Source: the human T2T-CHM13v2.0 reference genome, Homo sapiens
Strand: one strand, 5' to 3'
DNA: 64,000 nt
NCBI RefSeq assembly: GCF_009914755.1
Contig: NC_060936.1
Shown here: piece after piece, positions 1-47,800 of the stretch
Layout of the letters: each line of letters opens with the position of its first letter
How positions within the stretch are numbered: position 1 is the stretch's first letter
The notes under the pieces: generated by a model
Seen by the model: only the letters and a program-made list of their open reading frames with translations
Told to the model about the DNA's origin: nothing
Database searches by the model: none
Translations under genes and position numbers: made by a program

Positions 1-240
1 GTGGATCACGAGGTCAGGAGATCGAGACCATCCTGGCTAACACCGTGAAACCCCGTCTCTACTAAAAATACAAAAAATTAGCCGGGCGTGGTAGCAGGCG
101 CCTGTAGTCCCAGCTACTCAGGAGGCTAAGGTGGGAGAATCTCTTGAACCCAGGAGATGGAGGTTGTAGTGAGCCAAGATTGCGCCACTGCACTGCAGTC
201 TGGGGGACAGAGAAAGACCCCATCTCAAAAAAAAAAAAAC
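1..240 (+). mobile_element. Alu (AluY/Sc-like), cut by the window edge
   Basis: gtggatcacgaggtcaggagatcgagacc..., linker actaaaaatacaaaaaatta, poly(A) tail. Confidence 0.95.
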
Positions 241-249
241 AAGACAGGA

Positions 250-2700
<2,451 letters not shown>

Positions 2701-2781
2701 TCCCTCTGGGGAAGGAGGAAAGGGACAGGTGGGGAGGGATGCAGAGGGCCCTCCTTGGCATCTGTAGGATGGGCTGCATGA

Positions 2782-31350
<28,569 letters not shown>

Positions 31351-32100
31351 TTTTGTTTTGTGGTTTGACACTTTTCTTGACAGCATGTTGCAGTTTCTTT
31401 TCGGTTTTGGTTTTTTTTAAATGTTTTATTTTGCTTTCCCAGCGGGAGGGGAGGAAGAAGAGTGTTTACAAAGTCCTGTAGCCCCCTCACCTTTCTGTTT
31501 TCACTTTTGCCAATGTACATCGGGTTTGGTTTTCTTGTATTATTTAAACGGTTGTGGTTTCCTTTTTCCACGGAGGTTCAATAGAAGCCGCTGCAGGAGA
31601 GTTTTACCAACCATTGTGTATGCCCAATAATTTGTTATCATTTCCTTAGGTAGTAACCTATTTTTGTTCTGGTTTGGTTCGGTTATCTAATGGAAAGGTA
31701 ACTGGCAATGCACTTGATGTGGTCTTGCACATGTGGGTGATAGAGTTGGGTTCCTTTTTTATGCTGGGTGTACAGGTGGGTTTGGGAGAGAGGAGCATGC
31801 GCGAGAGAGTCTCCGAGTGTGTGCGACGCGTGTGTGTGTGGTGGGTTGTCTGTGTGCATATGTCCTGCCCGTGTATATGCACCCACACCATGTGCCCGTG
31901 CACACCAGTGACTACGCAGTCCCCCCTTTCTGGTTTAGCTGTGGGAAGATCTGAATCTGGGGCCGTTTGAAAGCAAAAACAAACCACTGTCTCTGCTTCT
32001 GAAACGGGAATCAGTAACTCTTTGCATTTTCTGTCCCACAAGATATGCAAAAACAATGCAATAATATTCATTTAAAAATACAATTGTGAGTTGTGTTGGC

Positions 32101-32106
32101 ATTAAA
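32101..32106 (+). terminator. Candidate proximal poly(A) signal ATTAAA
   Basis: ATTAAA inside the AU-rich 3'UTR block; usage cannot be shown from sequence alone. Confidence 0.35.
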
Positions 32107-35100
32107 ACTGTATTTTAAAAAAAGACAGAAATTTAAGGGAAAAACACAAGAAGGCATTTTGCTTCAATATATTCCGTGTAATGTTTTATTGCATTGATAA
32201 TGTTTCTGTTGAAGAAACCGTTATACTTGAATTCAGGTCAGTTTCAGTATTTTTCAAATATTTTTTTAAAACTGAATTGCAATTGTGCCAAGCGAATATA
32301 ATGAATTGAATTAAGTTGGTTTTCGGATTCACTTCTTGTATATTTTGCTGCATGTAAAGTAAATCATTTTGTATTTGGAGTGTGACAAGCTTTACCTTTG
32401 AACTCAAGTGCTTTTCTATATGTGGTTGGGGGAAAGGGAACAAGTTTTCTTTAGTTTGCACAATGAGCAAAGGTATCACCAGTGTAGTCATTATTCTGCT
32501 CTCCACAAACAGGTTTGGACATTACTGTTTTGCATATCTTGTGTTTGCTTACATTTCCCTCAATTTTTCCAAAATCGTTTGCTGGGTATGTTTGTACCGC
32601 CTCTTGCTGTGAGAGACCAGGACCTATTTTATTCCAGTCTTCACTCTGTCCACTCTGCTCTGGTCATCTGATTTGGTACTTCTCCAAGAACAGCCCTTCA
32701 CTGTGAGGTGCAGGGAGGCGTTCTGATGAGCCCTCAGTCACTGGGCCGTCATCCGCATCCCCCATGGAAGAGGTAGCTGGCTTTCCCTTCCCTTCCACCA
32801 CACGGAATTTTCTCTTTGGCTTCCTTAGGAAAGTGTACACTAACCGGGAGGATAAAATTAAAGTCAGGCTGCTTGGAGGGAGGGGCATCCTCACTTCCGG
32901 ATTCTTGTTGCTCTACCCAACAAGGACAGCAGGGGCTCGAGAAAGGAACTGGTGAAACCCTGATCCATCTGAAAGTCAACTCTGCGTGCTCCTTTCTCCA
33001 TCCCTTCCTCACTCTGGAGCAGCCTTTCCTTCAGGCTTGCCCTAATGTTTGGGCTGCCGGGGAGGGGGCCAGGACAAGGGAAGAGGCATCCGGAGCTCAC
33101 AGTGGGGGTGGGAACAGATTTTTGTGGGGGCATCTCTAATGCTCACTTATATCTCCCTAGAACATCACTCTTTTGGTGCTGTGTCCTTCAAATGTATGTC
33201 AACAGTGGTGGCTGAAAAGGGACTGCTTTGGGGAAAACAGGACCCAACCATTCACCCAGAATTGACCCATTAAATCTCTTCCAGTCCTAGTGTTCCCTGA
33301 GCCCCTCTTGGCACATATATAAGTAAGCTAGAAATTACAATAAGGGACAGTCCATTCCTCTATGACAGCTTGCTGGACTGATTCATGACAAAGTGGAGAA
33401 ATGTACTCAATACTCCCCGGTTAACACAGTCTAGAAACAGAGTTTCTTTATGGATATCCACACCCAAGTCATCCAAACTTTCTTGATTCCTTTTCACTGC
33501 CATCAAGGTCCTCTAGAAATTGAGTTTAGGTATCATCCTTTGAAAAGTTCCCAAGATTTCTACCAGGAGGTACACACAGGCGTTCCCTGTCTAGGGCAGG
33601 AGGACTATCCTAGCTTGACCTTCTGATCCACTAGAATAAGACTGGCGTATGATGCCTGTCATCAGAACAGACTGGCACAAGTAGTGACATCAATGAACCA
33701 CAGCACAATCTTCCAAGTGATGTCTACTCTCCACCTAAAATGGAATTTTCCCCATGACCTTGTAAAACATAATTGTCACATCTTCCATACCCCTCCTGAC
33801 AGCCCCCAAGTGTCAGGAGAAAACAGTCAGGGGCTAAGGGCCCAAGGGACTTGAAGAAACAACAGTTTAAGGTCTGCAGTTTGGTCAACTTAATTCTTGT
33901 CCTCCGACCAGCCCTGCCTCTTTCATTTCCAGACCTTGGAGAATTTTTCCCAGCTTTGATTCAGAAGGTACTAGTTATAACCCCTTTCCTTCTTCTTAAT
34001 CCAATAGGCCTCACTCTCACTGGGAAATCCACTCAAAGGAACAAGGCAATGTCTCTCATTCTATTTCCCAGTTCCAAATTCCAGGTGCTTGTCTGGAGTG
34101 AAGCTACCCGTTACTTTCTCCCAGCTTTTCTCCACCCAGCATGTCTCCTGCCCATGCAGCTGAAGACAGTGGGGCAACCTCAGGAGAAGCAGACCTTTCC
34201 ATGCCCAAGTTCATCTCCTGAGCAACAGTGACACCTAGAAAATGAGGACTTTGGAAGTCACCCAAAAGATGGTGGCTACTTTATGGAGTCCTGAAGATAC
34301 ACAGCCACCACTCCTAAAGGCAAAGAAAGAAAACACGAATGTAGGTCAGGGATAGAGTGGAACCCTGGTCATCGGGGTTTTTAGCCTCATCGTGGGAAAG
34401 GTGGTAAAGGAGGATGATGGCATCTCCATCCCTAGAGGCCAAGAATTGAAATATCATTGTCAAGGATTAGAAACAATTCAGCAAAGAGGCCACAAAAAGG
34501 GCCTGCTGACTCCCAGAAGACCTCTTTAAACCCCAGGGGAGGCAAATACTTGCTGATGGAGTCTGGGCCGTTTCCATATTTTAAAGAAGACCTGCCTCTG
34601 GGGCAAATGTCAGCACAGAGAGGACTGGGAGGAGAATGGAGGCAAGAAAAGGGCATATTTTGACTCCCTCTGTGCCTCTTCCCAGTTCATGGAAGGATGT
34701 GTTCAGCTTACCCACCCACAGTGACCAGTGTGGTGGAGCCGCTGACATCTCAAGGATCTATTTGGGAAGGTGAGAAGAGTACTCATTCCATCTGGGGGTG
34801 TTGTTCCAGCCACATCAGCCTACCTGGTGGGATGTGGGGGTGTCTGCCACCCTGTCCCCCCTCTGCTGATGTCCCTCCCCTCAGGCTGTCCAGGTGCCAC
34901 CTGACACAGGCTGCTGTGCAAAGGCAGGCGGGGAAGCCCAAACCTCACTCCCAGGGAGGCCCTCAGCCGCCAGAGTCCAGGTTCTCCAGAGGCTACGATT
35001 TGAGGAGGTTGAGGGGGAAGACAGGAGGGAAAGAAAAGTCCTACAACTGTCAGGAATGGGGCACCTTTCCCTGTCCCTAAGCAAAGCTCCCTCTTCCCAC

Positions 35101-37379
35101 TGCCCTCCCCAGCCCCAGCTCCCTGTCCTCCCCAACACCTAGTGAGAAAGACGGTGCGTGGAAGGGAGTCCCATGGGCAGATGCTTACACGACCTCTTTG
35201 TGAAGCCTCTTCTGGGTTTAACTTCATTCATCAATTTATTCTTATGTCAAAGCAATGAAACTTTTCTTTCTGGAGCCAGATACCAATACAACAGGTGAAC
35301 GGGTTTCTGCCACATCTCTACATTGACGGGGGATGCTTGAACAACCCCCCTCACTACACAGACACACACCGTTAAGGCACAAGGGCTGGGGTTGAGCTCT
35401 AGATGAGGGACTTTCCTGCTCCTGCAAGGGTGAGCACTGTATACACAGACAAGGAGGGTGCAGTAGAGTGACTCCCTTGGAAGGAAGTAGTACCATCAGA
35501 ACCTACTATTATTATGACATAAATTCTATTTACATACATTGAGAGAATACTACAATCAACACTTTTTCCTGGGATGACTTTAAGAGGTTTGAGCCACAGC
35601 ACCTGAAGTGGCAAAGATCCATGGTCTTTGTAGGGTATTAGAGAACTCTTCCAGTCACCTCTGAAAGCACTCTAGATCTTGCAGCTGAGTGGATGAAGTG
35701 TAACAAATCTGTTGCACGCTGAGAGGAGTCAGAATTAGCATTTTTCATGAAAGTTCCCCACGTCTCTACTAAGAATGAGGAAGAAAAGACTAAGACTAGG
35801 TAATTACACAGAGGCTTGAAATGTTACATCACCAGAGCCAAGTCCTCTCCCTTCAGATCAGTTACTGGCTGCTACACAGGGACACCCCCACCTTTTCAGG
35901 GCATCCCATGCACTCCACTTCTCAGGATCTAAGGAATTTGACTTTGTAGGGATCCCAGAAAGGGCACTGTGCCACTTCCCCTGGTGTGAATCAGACATAC
36001 ATTGTACATTCATTTCTAAAATTCACTCATGCACCTCAAACCAAGGTCATTATCCAAAAAAAAAAAAAAAAAGCTCTGGGTGGAAGAGTTTGTAAGTTTT
36101 AAGAGAGGGTCATTTCTATGTGAGGAAATGCAGAAATGGACAGAATGATTCTTATTCACTGTTTGGGTCTGGAGAATTCCCATTGTGGAAATCTTAGAGA
36201 TCTCAAGTTTATTACCAAGGGAATAAGGAAAAAAAGGTGAGCAGGCACCAGGCCAAGCAGTGGCTCCCTTGCCAAGGAACCTGAGGCTGCAGGTTTCAGG
36301 GACCCCCTTGAAGAAACCTCTCCTGGCCATTGGCCAGGAGAAAAGAGAAGTCTCTCCTGTAGAGTCACAAGAGAAGCAAAAGAGGGTGGGTCACTGGGTC
36401 CTGGACATAGCCCCCAACCCCAAGACTTCCCAATATGGAGAAACTACACCAATGTTTAAAAGGGGAAAAGGAAAGAACTTGTACATCAAGGGAAGATGAT
36501 TTGTAAACACACAGTCCTGTGCAGAAAGATCCCCTTCAGGAGGTGTCTCCAGCATCCCAAAGCTGTGCGCACCTTCTCTTTTCCTGCCTCAGGCCACCTA
36601 TGCATCCAGCTGCAGCCCATCCCCACACCTGAAATCCATCTCTTGAATCCCAGCCAGGTTATATACCACCCCATTGCCATGTCCTGTCCTGGCCAGAATG
36701 CATGCTGTTCCCCCAAGCCTCGTGGGAGTGAGGCCATGGGAAACAGAGATGAGCATGTCTGGACAAGTCTGTGATGGTAGTGGATGAGAATAACCCATGG
36801 CAAAACACGCACATTCATTAAGAAATAGGGCGACAGATTCCCCGTTGGTGAAGCACTGAAAGGTCTATTACTCTCATAATATTGCTGTTTTATTTTAATC
36901 CACCAGAGCTACCATGCAAAACTTTCCTCCTGTGAAACGCTCCAGATAAAGCTCCTCTAATCTCCCCTTCCCTCATGTCCTCCAGCTCAAACCCACCTTC
37001 ATCCCCCAAACCAATCTGTATCATGCCTGTTATCAGAGAGGCACAGAAAGATGGGCAGTGCCTCCGTTGTCACCATTCCCCACACCCCTACACACCCCCA
37101 CACCCTCCCCTCCAGGCTCCACGACTTCACAGTCTTACTGTTGTAAATATCATTGTACAGTTTGTAATCCTCAAATAATCCCATTGTCAGAGGCCTCGCC
37201 TGATGGGCCTTCTCACCCTCGAGAAAGGCCAGGGAATCTAGAAGGGGCAACCCTTCAAGGAGAGCTTCAGGGTCATCTCTGTGTGAGACACTATTGTATA
37301 TTCCTGTAAGATTGCATTTTTATCTAAGGAATGATGTTATTTAAAAAACAAACAAAAAACACAAAAAATAAGAATTGCA

Positions 37380-37385
37380 AATAAA
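37380..37385 (+). terminator. Distal polyadenylation signal AATAAA
   Basis: AATAAA after an AU-rich run, followed by U-rich sequence (ttcattgtatcttccctcttcctt); TE-rich DNA starts ~0.5 kb later. Confidence 0.75.
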
Positions 37386-39214
37386 TTTCTTAACAATGTC
37401 TACATTGACTTCATTGTATCTTCCCTCTTCCTTATTTCTTCCTTTCTCCTGTTTCCTAGAGGTCACAAATACAAACTTCACTCAGTTATCTCAACTGTCT
37501 GGGATCCCCAAAAGGAAGAAGACTGGAGAGAACACAGGAAATATGAATCCAATGATAATACCTAAGTCCATTCAGCAGTTAACCCATCCCCTATTTCTTC
37601 CTTCTCATGAAAGAGTTGACAGAAAAATGGCCAAAAGTTAAAAAGGAGACAAAATCAGAGGAATTAAATGGCTAATTCACATGGATTAGACAGGAAAAGC
37701 AGTCTCCGAAATTGGTTTTGAAAGGACAGAAGGGAAGAGGGATGGAATGTAGGAGAGAAGAAAGGAGGGGGAGATATGATAATATATAAAGTACTATGAG
37801 GACTATACAAATGTAAGATTGCTTTTCTTTTTTTTTGTTATTATAACTTAATCTGATTTCGATAAACCTTTCAGAATAACCCCTTAAGTAAAAATAATTT
37901 GTCCCAGAGGATTCTGGGAAGATGGCAGAGTAAGGAGCACCAAGAATCCTCCCCGATAGACAACAAATACACTGGCAGAATCTGTTTTGTTTAACTATTA
38001 ATATTTTGAAACTCTGGAGTCTAATGAAGGTTTGCAACTTTCAGGGGGAGGCTTGGACAGTAAATCAAGGTTGATTTTGGTCAATTTCAGCTCTTAGTAC
38101 AGTAGCAGCTAACCCACTCTCCTCCCCTAGCCCACTTTCTACTCCTGGAAGGGTGAGCACTGCATAGACAGGCATGAAGAGATAACCAGTGTGACTTCCT
38201 TGGGTGGAAATAGTACCAGCAGAACCTATTATTATTATGAGAAAGTACTATTTATCTCATAATACAGGCAGCTGAGCACTTGTCCAATAGCACCTTGCAC
38301 ACAGCGTGTAGAGGCCAGAGTGGGCTAAAAATATCCTGTTCTTCAAATTTCAGGGATCTTTGTTCAGGATACTTATTGCTGCTTCTAATCACAGAGGTGC
38401 AAACACAGAGGTGGGCAGCTACTTTTGTTGCACCTCTCCCCACTGCTGCAAGCCCCTCCACCACTAGCTGAAGTGATTCCAGATAATTTGAAGAACCAGC
38501 ACCCTTCTTCCCCCTTCACTTTTCTCTTTTTCCTTCTTTGGGAGACAGACATTAAAGACTAAGACACTCAAAAGCAACTGCATATACAAGGAAAATTAGA
38601 AAGTGACTGCACATACCCTGGGAAAGAAACAGGCTCAGAAAACACCTAAGAAGACCTGAAGTTTACACCTCATGCCGATGCTTGAGTGGCCTAAAAAAGA
38701 CAAAAACACCACCACCAAACCCTAAGGAAGGAGGAAACTCTGATTTTCAGGGTTATCACATTCTTAGATTCAAATGTCCAGTTTTCAACAAAAAGTCACA
38801 AGGCAAAGAAACAGGAAAGTGTGGCCCATTCGAAGGAAAAATAAATAAATTAACAGGAACTGCTCCTAGAAAAGACCTGATGGCAGATCTACTCGACAAA
38901 GAGTTTAAAACAACTCTCTTAAAGATGTTTAAAAAAAAAAAACTAGGGGAGGAGCCAAGATGGCCGAATAGGAACAGCTCTGGTCTACAGCTCCCAGCAT
39001 GAGCGACGCAGAAGACGGGTGATTTCTGCATTTCCAACTGAGGTACCGGGTTCATCTCACTGGGAAGTGCCAGACAGTAGGTGCAGGACAGTGGGTGCAG
39101 CGCACCCTGCGCAAGCCAAAGCAGGGCGAGGCATCGCCTCACCTGGGAAGCACAACGGGTCAGGGAATTCCCTTTCCTAGTCAAAGAAAGGGGTGACAGA
39201 CGGCACCTGGAAAA

Positions 39215-39397
39215 TCAGGTCACTCCCACCCTAATACTGCGCTTTTCCATGGGGCTTAAAAAACGGCGCACCAGGAGATTATATCCCGCACCTGGCTCAG
39301 AGGGTCCTACGCCCACGGAGTCTCGCTCATTGCTAGCACGGCAGTCCGAGATCAAACTGCAAGGTGGCAGCGAGGCTGGTGGAGGGGCACCCGCCAT
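39215..39397 (-). pseudogene. L1 ORF0, truncated to 60 aa
   Basis: MAGAPPPASLPPCSLISDCRASNERDSVGVGPSEPGAGYNLLVRRFLSPMEKRSIRVGVT* matches the primate ORF0 N-terminus. Confidence 0.8.
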
Positions 39398-39978
39398 TGC
39401 CGAGTTAGTTGTTTGATTAGGTAAACAAAGCAGCTGGGAAGCTCGAACTGGGTGGAGCCCACCACAGCTCAAGGAGACCTGCCTGCCTCTGTAGGCTCCA
39501 CCTCTGGGGGCAGGGCACAGACAAACAAAAGACAGCAGAAACCTCTGCAGACTTAAATGTCCCTCTCTGACAGCTTTGAAGAGAGCAGTGGTTCTCCCAG
39601 CACGCAGCTGGAGATCTGAGAATGGGCAGACTGCCTCCTCAAGTGGGTCCCTGACCCCCGAGTAGCCTAACTGGGAGGCACCCCCCAGTAGGGGCAGACT
39701 GACACCTCACACAGCCGGGTACTCCTCTGAGACAAAACTTCCAGAGCAATGATCAGGCAGCAGCATTTGCAGTTCACCAGTATCCGCTGTTCTGCAGCCA
39801 CCACTGCTGAAACCCAGGCAAACAGCGTCTGGAGTGGACCTCTAGCAAACTCCAACAGACCTGCAGCTGAGGGTCCTGTCTGTTAGAAGGAAAACTAACA
39901 AACAGAAAGGACATCCACACCAAAAACCCATCTGTACGTCACCATCATCAAAGACCAAAGGTAGATAAAACCACAAAG

Positions 39979-40996
39979 ATGGGGAAAAAAACAGGGCAGA
40001 AAAACTGGAAACTCTAAAAATCAGAGCGCCTCTCCTCCTCCAAAGGAACGCAGCTCCTCACCAGCAACGGAACAAAGATGGACGGAGAATGACTTTGACG
40101 AGTTGAGAGAAGAAGGCTTCAGACGATCAAACTACTCCGAGCTACAGGAGAAAATTCGAACCGATGGCAAGGAAGTTAAAAGCTTCGAAAAAAAATTAGA
40201 CGAATGGATAACTAGAATAACCAATGCAGAGAAGTCCTTAAAGGAGCTGATGGAGCTGAAAACCAAGGCACGGGAGCTACGTGACAAATGCAGAAGCCTC
40301 AGTAGCCAATGCGATCAACTGGAAGAAAGGGTATCAGTGATGGAAGATGAAATGAATGAAATGAAGCAAGAAGAGAAGTTTAGAGAAAAAAGAACAAAAG
40401 GAAACGAACAAAGCCTCCAAGAAATATGGGACTATGTGAAAAGACCAAATCTACATCTGATTGGTGTACCTGAAAGTGACGGGGAGAATGGAACCAAGTT
40501 GGAAAACACTCTGCAGGATATTATCCAGGAGAACTTCCCCAATCTAGCAAAGCAGGCCAACATTCAAATTCAGGAAATACAGAGAACGCCACAAAGATAC
40601 TCCTTGAGAAGAGCAACTCCAAGACACATAATTGTCAGATTCACCAAAGTTGAAATGAAGGAAAAAATGTTAAGGGCAGCCAGAGAGAAAGGTCGGGTTA
40701 CCCACAAAGGGAAGCCCATCAGACTAACAGCTGATCTCTTGGCAGAAACTCTACAAGCCAGAAGAGAGTGGGGACCAATATTCAACATTCTTAAAGAAAA
40801 GAATTTTCAACCCAGAATTTCATATCCAGCCAAACTAAGCTTCATAAGTGAAGGAGAAATAAAATACTTTACAGACAAGCAAATGCTGAGAGATTTTGTC
40901 ACCACCAGGCCTGCCCTAAAAGAGCTCCTGAAGGAAGCACTAAACATGGAAAGGAACAACCGGTACCAGCCACTGCAAAAACATGCCAAATTGTAA
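39979..40996 (+). pseudogene. L1 ORF1p with an early +1 frameshift
   Basis: ATGGGG at 39979 is followed by 7 A (consensus 6, from memory); the 297-aa ORF1 frame 40103-40996 is open. Confidence 0.88.
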
Positions 40997-41059
40997 AGAC
41001 CATCAAGGCTAGGAAGAAACTGCATCAACTAATGAGCAAAATAACCAGCTAACATCATG

Positions 41060-44872
<3,813 letters not shown>

Positions 44873-47800
44873 ACAATGAGAACACATGGACACAGGAAGG
44901 GGAACATCACACACCGGGGACTGTTGTGGGGTGGGAAGAGGGGGGAGGGATAGCATTAGGAGATATACCTAATGCTAAATGACGAGTTAATGGGTGCAGC
45001 ACACCAACATGGCACATGTATACATATGTAACAAACCTGCACATTGTGCACATGTACTCTAAAACTTAAAGTATAATAATAATAAAATAAAATAAAATAG
45101 AAAAAAAACCTAAAGAAAGATACAGAGAAAGTCAAGAAAAAGATGTATGAACAAATGGTGATATCAATAAAGAGACAGAACACCTAAAAAAAATTCTAAA
45201 TTTGTTTTTAAACAAAAAAAATTCTAAAGCTGAAAATACAATACTTGAAATGAAAAATTTGCTAGGGTGATTTAAAGTCAGATTTGAGCAGGAAGAAGAA
45301 AGAATCAGTAAACTTAAATATAGGACAATGAAAATTATTGAGTCTGAGGAACACAGAAATAAAATATTGAGAAAAGTAAACAGAGCCTAAAAAGACCTGT
45401 GGGACACCATCAAGCAGATTAATGTACACATTGTTGAAGTCCAAGAAGAATAAGAGAGAAAGAAAGGAGAAGAGATAACATATGAAGAAATAGTAACTGG
45501 AATTTTTCCAAATTTGACTAAAGACATGAATATAAATATCCAAGCTTAACAAACTCTAAGTAAGATGAAAAAGACCCATACTAAGACATCTTATAGTTAA
45601 GTTTTTGAAATATAAAGAGAGACTCTTAAAAGCAGCAACAGAGAAGTGACTTATCACACACAAGAGTAGTCTAAGCAAGATTAACAGAAAATTTCTCACC
45701 TGAAACTTTTGAGGCCAGAAGGCAGCAGGCCAGTATATTCAAAGTGCTAAAAGAGAGAGAAAAACAACTGTCAGAGAAGAATTCTATATGTGGCAAAATT
45801 GTCCTTCAAAAGTAAAGAAGAAATTAAAGCATTCCCAGATATGCAAAAGCTGAAGGAGTTCATTACCACTAGACCTACCCTGCAAGAAATTCACTCCTGC
45901 AGGGTGAAATGAAAGGACACTGGGCAGTAATTTGAAGCTGTATGAAGAATAAAAGATCTCAATGAAGTTAAATACATGGGCAACTATAACTCTGCTTTTT
46001 CTTTTCTACTCCACTTTTTATTTTCTACTTGATTTAAGAGACTAGTACTTAAAAAATACTAATCTAAAAGGTAGTATTATTATAACTTTAGTTTGTAACT
46101 CAACATTTTATTTTCTACATAATTTCAAAGACTAATGCATTTTCCAAAATTATTAGTTTGTGTTTTGGAGCACACAGTGTATAAAGATGTAATTTTGGGA
46201 CAGCAACAACTCAAAGGGCTGAGGACAAAGTAGTAAAGAAGCAGAGTTTTTATGTTATTGAAACTAAACTGGTATAAATTCAAATTACAGTGTTATAATT
46301 TTGAGAGTTTAAGTACAATCCCCATGGTAACCACAAAGAAAATTGCTATAGAATATACACAAAAGAAAATTAGAAAGGAATTTAAGTGCTTTACTCCCAA
46401 AAAAATCAACTCAACACAAAAGAAGACAGTAATATAGGAAATGAGGGACAAAAGAAGGTATTAGAAAACAAATGGCAAAATAACAGAAGTAAGTCCCTCA
46501 TTAGTAATTACTTTAAATTTAAATGGATTAAACTGTCAAATCAAAAGACAGAGATTGGCAGAATGTATTGAAAAATATGAGCCAACTATATGCTGTCTGC
46601 AAGAGACTCACTTAAGATCCAAAGACACAAAAACAGACTAAGAGTGATAGGGAAGATATTCTATGCAAATAGTAACCAAAAGAGAGCAGGAAGGGCTATA
46701 CTAACATGAGAAAAAATAGACTTTACATTTTAAAAAGCTTACAAGAGACATTATATGTTAATAAAAGGTTCAATACAGCAAGAAATTATAACAATTATAA
46801 ACAGTTTCACACCTAATAAAAGACCATCAGTATATGTGGAACAAAAACTTCAGGCAGAATCAAAGGGAGAAATAGACAATTCTACAATAACAGTTGGAGA
46901 TTTCAATACTCCAGTGCCAATAATAGATAGAATAACCAGAGAGGATAAATAAGGAAATAGAGGACTTAACACAATAAACCAACTATATCTAACAGACATA
47001 CAGAAAACGTTATTCAGTTACACAAGCATACAGATTCTTCTTAAGAGTACATGGAGCGTTTTCCAGGGTAGACCATATGTTAAGCCACAAATGAAATCGC
47101 AATAGATTTTAAAAGTTATCATACAAAGTATCTTCTCCAACCACAGCAGGATGAAATTAGAAATCCAAAATAGAAGGAAAGTTGGAAAATTCACAAATTT
47201 GTGGAAATTTAACAGCACACTCTTAACTATTGAATCAAAAAAGTAGATATCACAAGAGAAATTGGAAAATAGTTAGAGACAAATGAAGACAAAAACACAA
47301 CATACCAAAACCTATGGAATGCAGAGAAAGCAGGGCTAAGGAGAAATTTTATAGCTATAAGTTCTTACATTTAAAAAAAAAATCTTAAATTAACAACCTC
47401 TCCTTACAACTTAAGAAATTATAATGAGAACAAATTAACCAAAAAGGAGGGAAAATTATAAAAATTAGAACAGTAATAAATGAAATAGAGAATGGAAAAC
47501 AATAGAGAAGGACCAATGAAACTAAAATTGGTTCTTTGAGAATATCAACAAAATTCACAAAGTTTTAGCTAGACAGACAAGGAAAAAAGGAGAGGAGACT
47601 TAGATTACTAAAATCAGATATGAAAGTGGAGGCATTACTACCAATTATACACAAATCAAAAGGACTATAAGAGTACTATGAACAATTGTACACCAAAAAA
47701 TTGGATAACCTAGATGAAATAAACAAATTCCTAGAAAAACAAGACTCACCCAGACTAAATTACAAAGAACTGGAAAATCCACATCATGCTATAACTAGTA

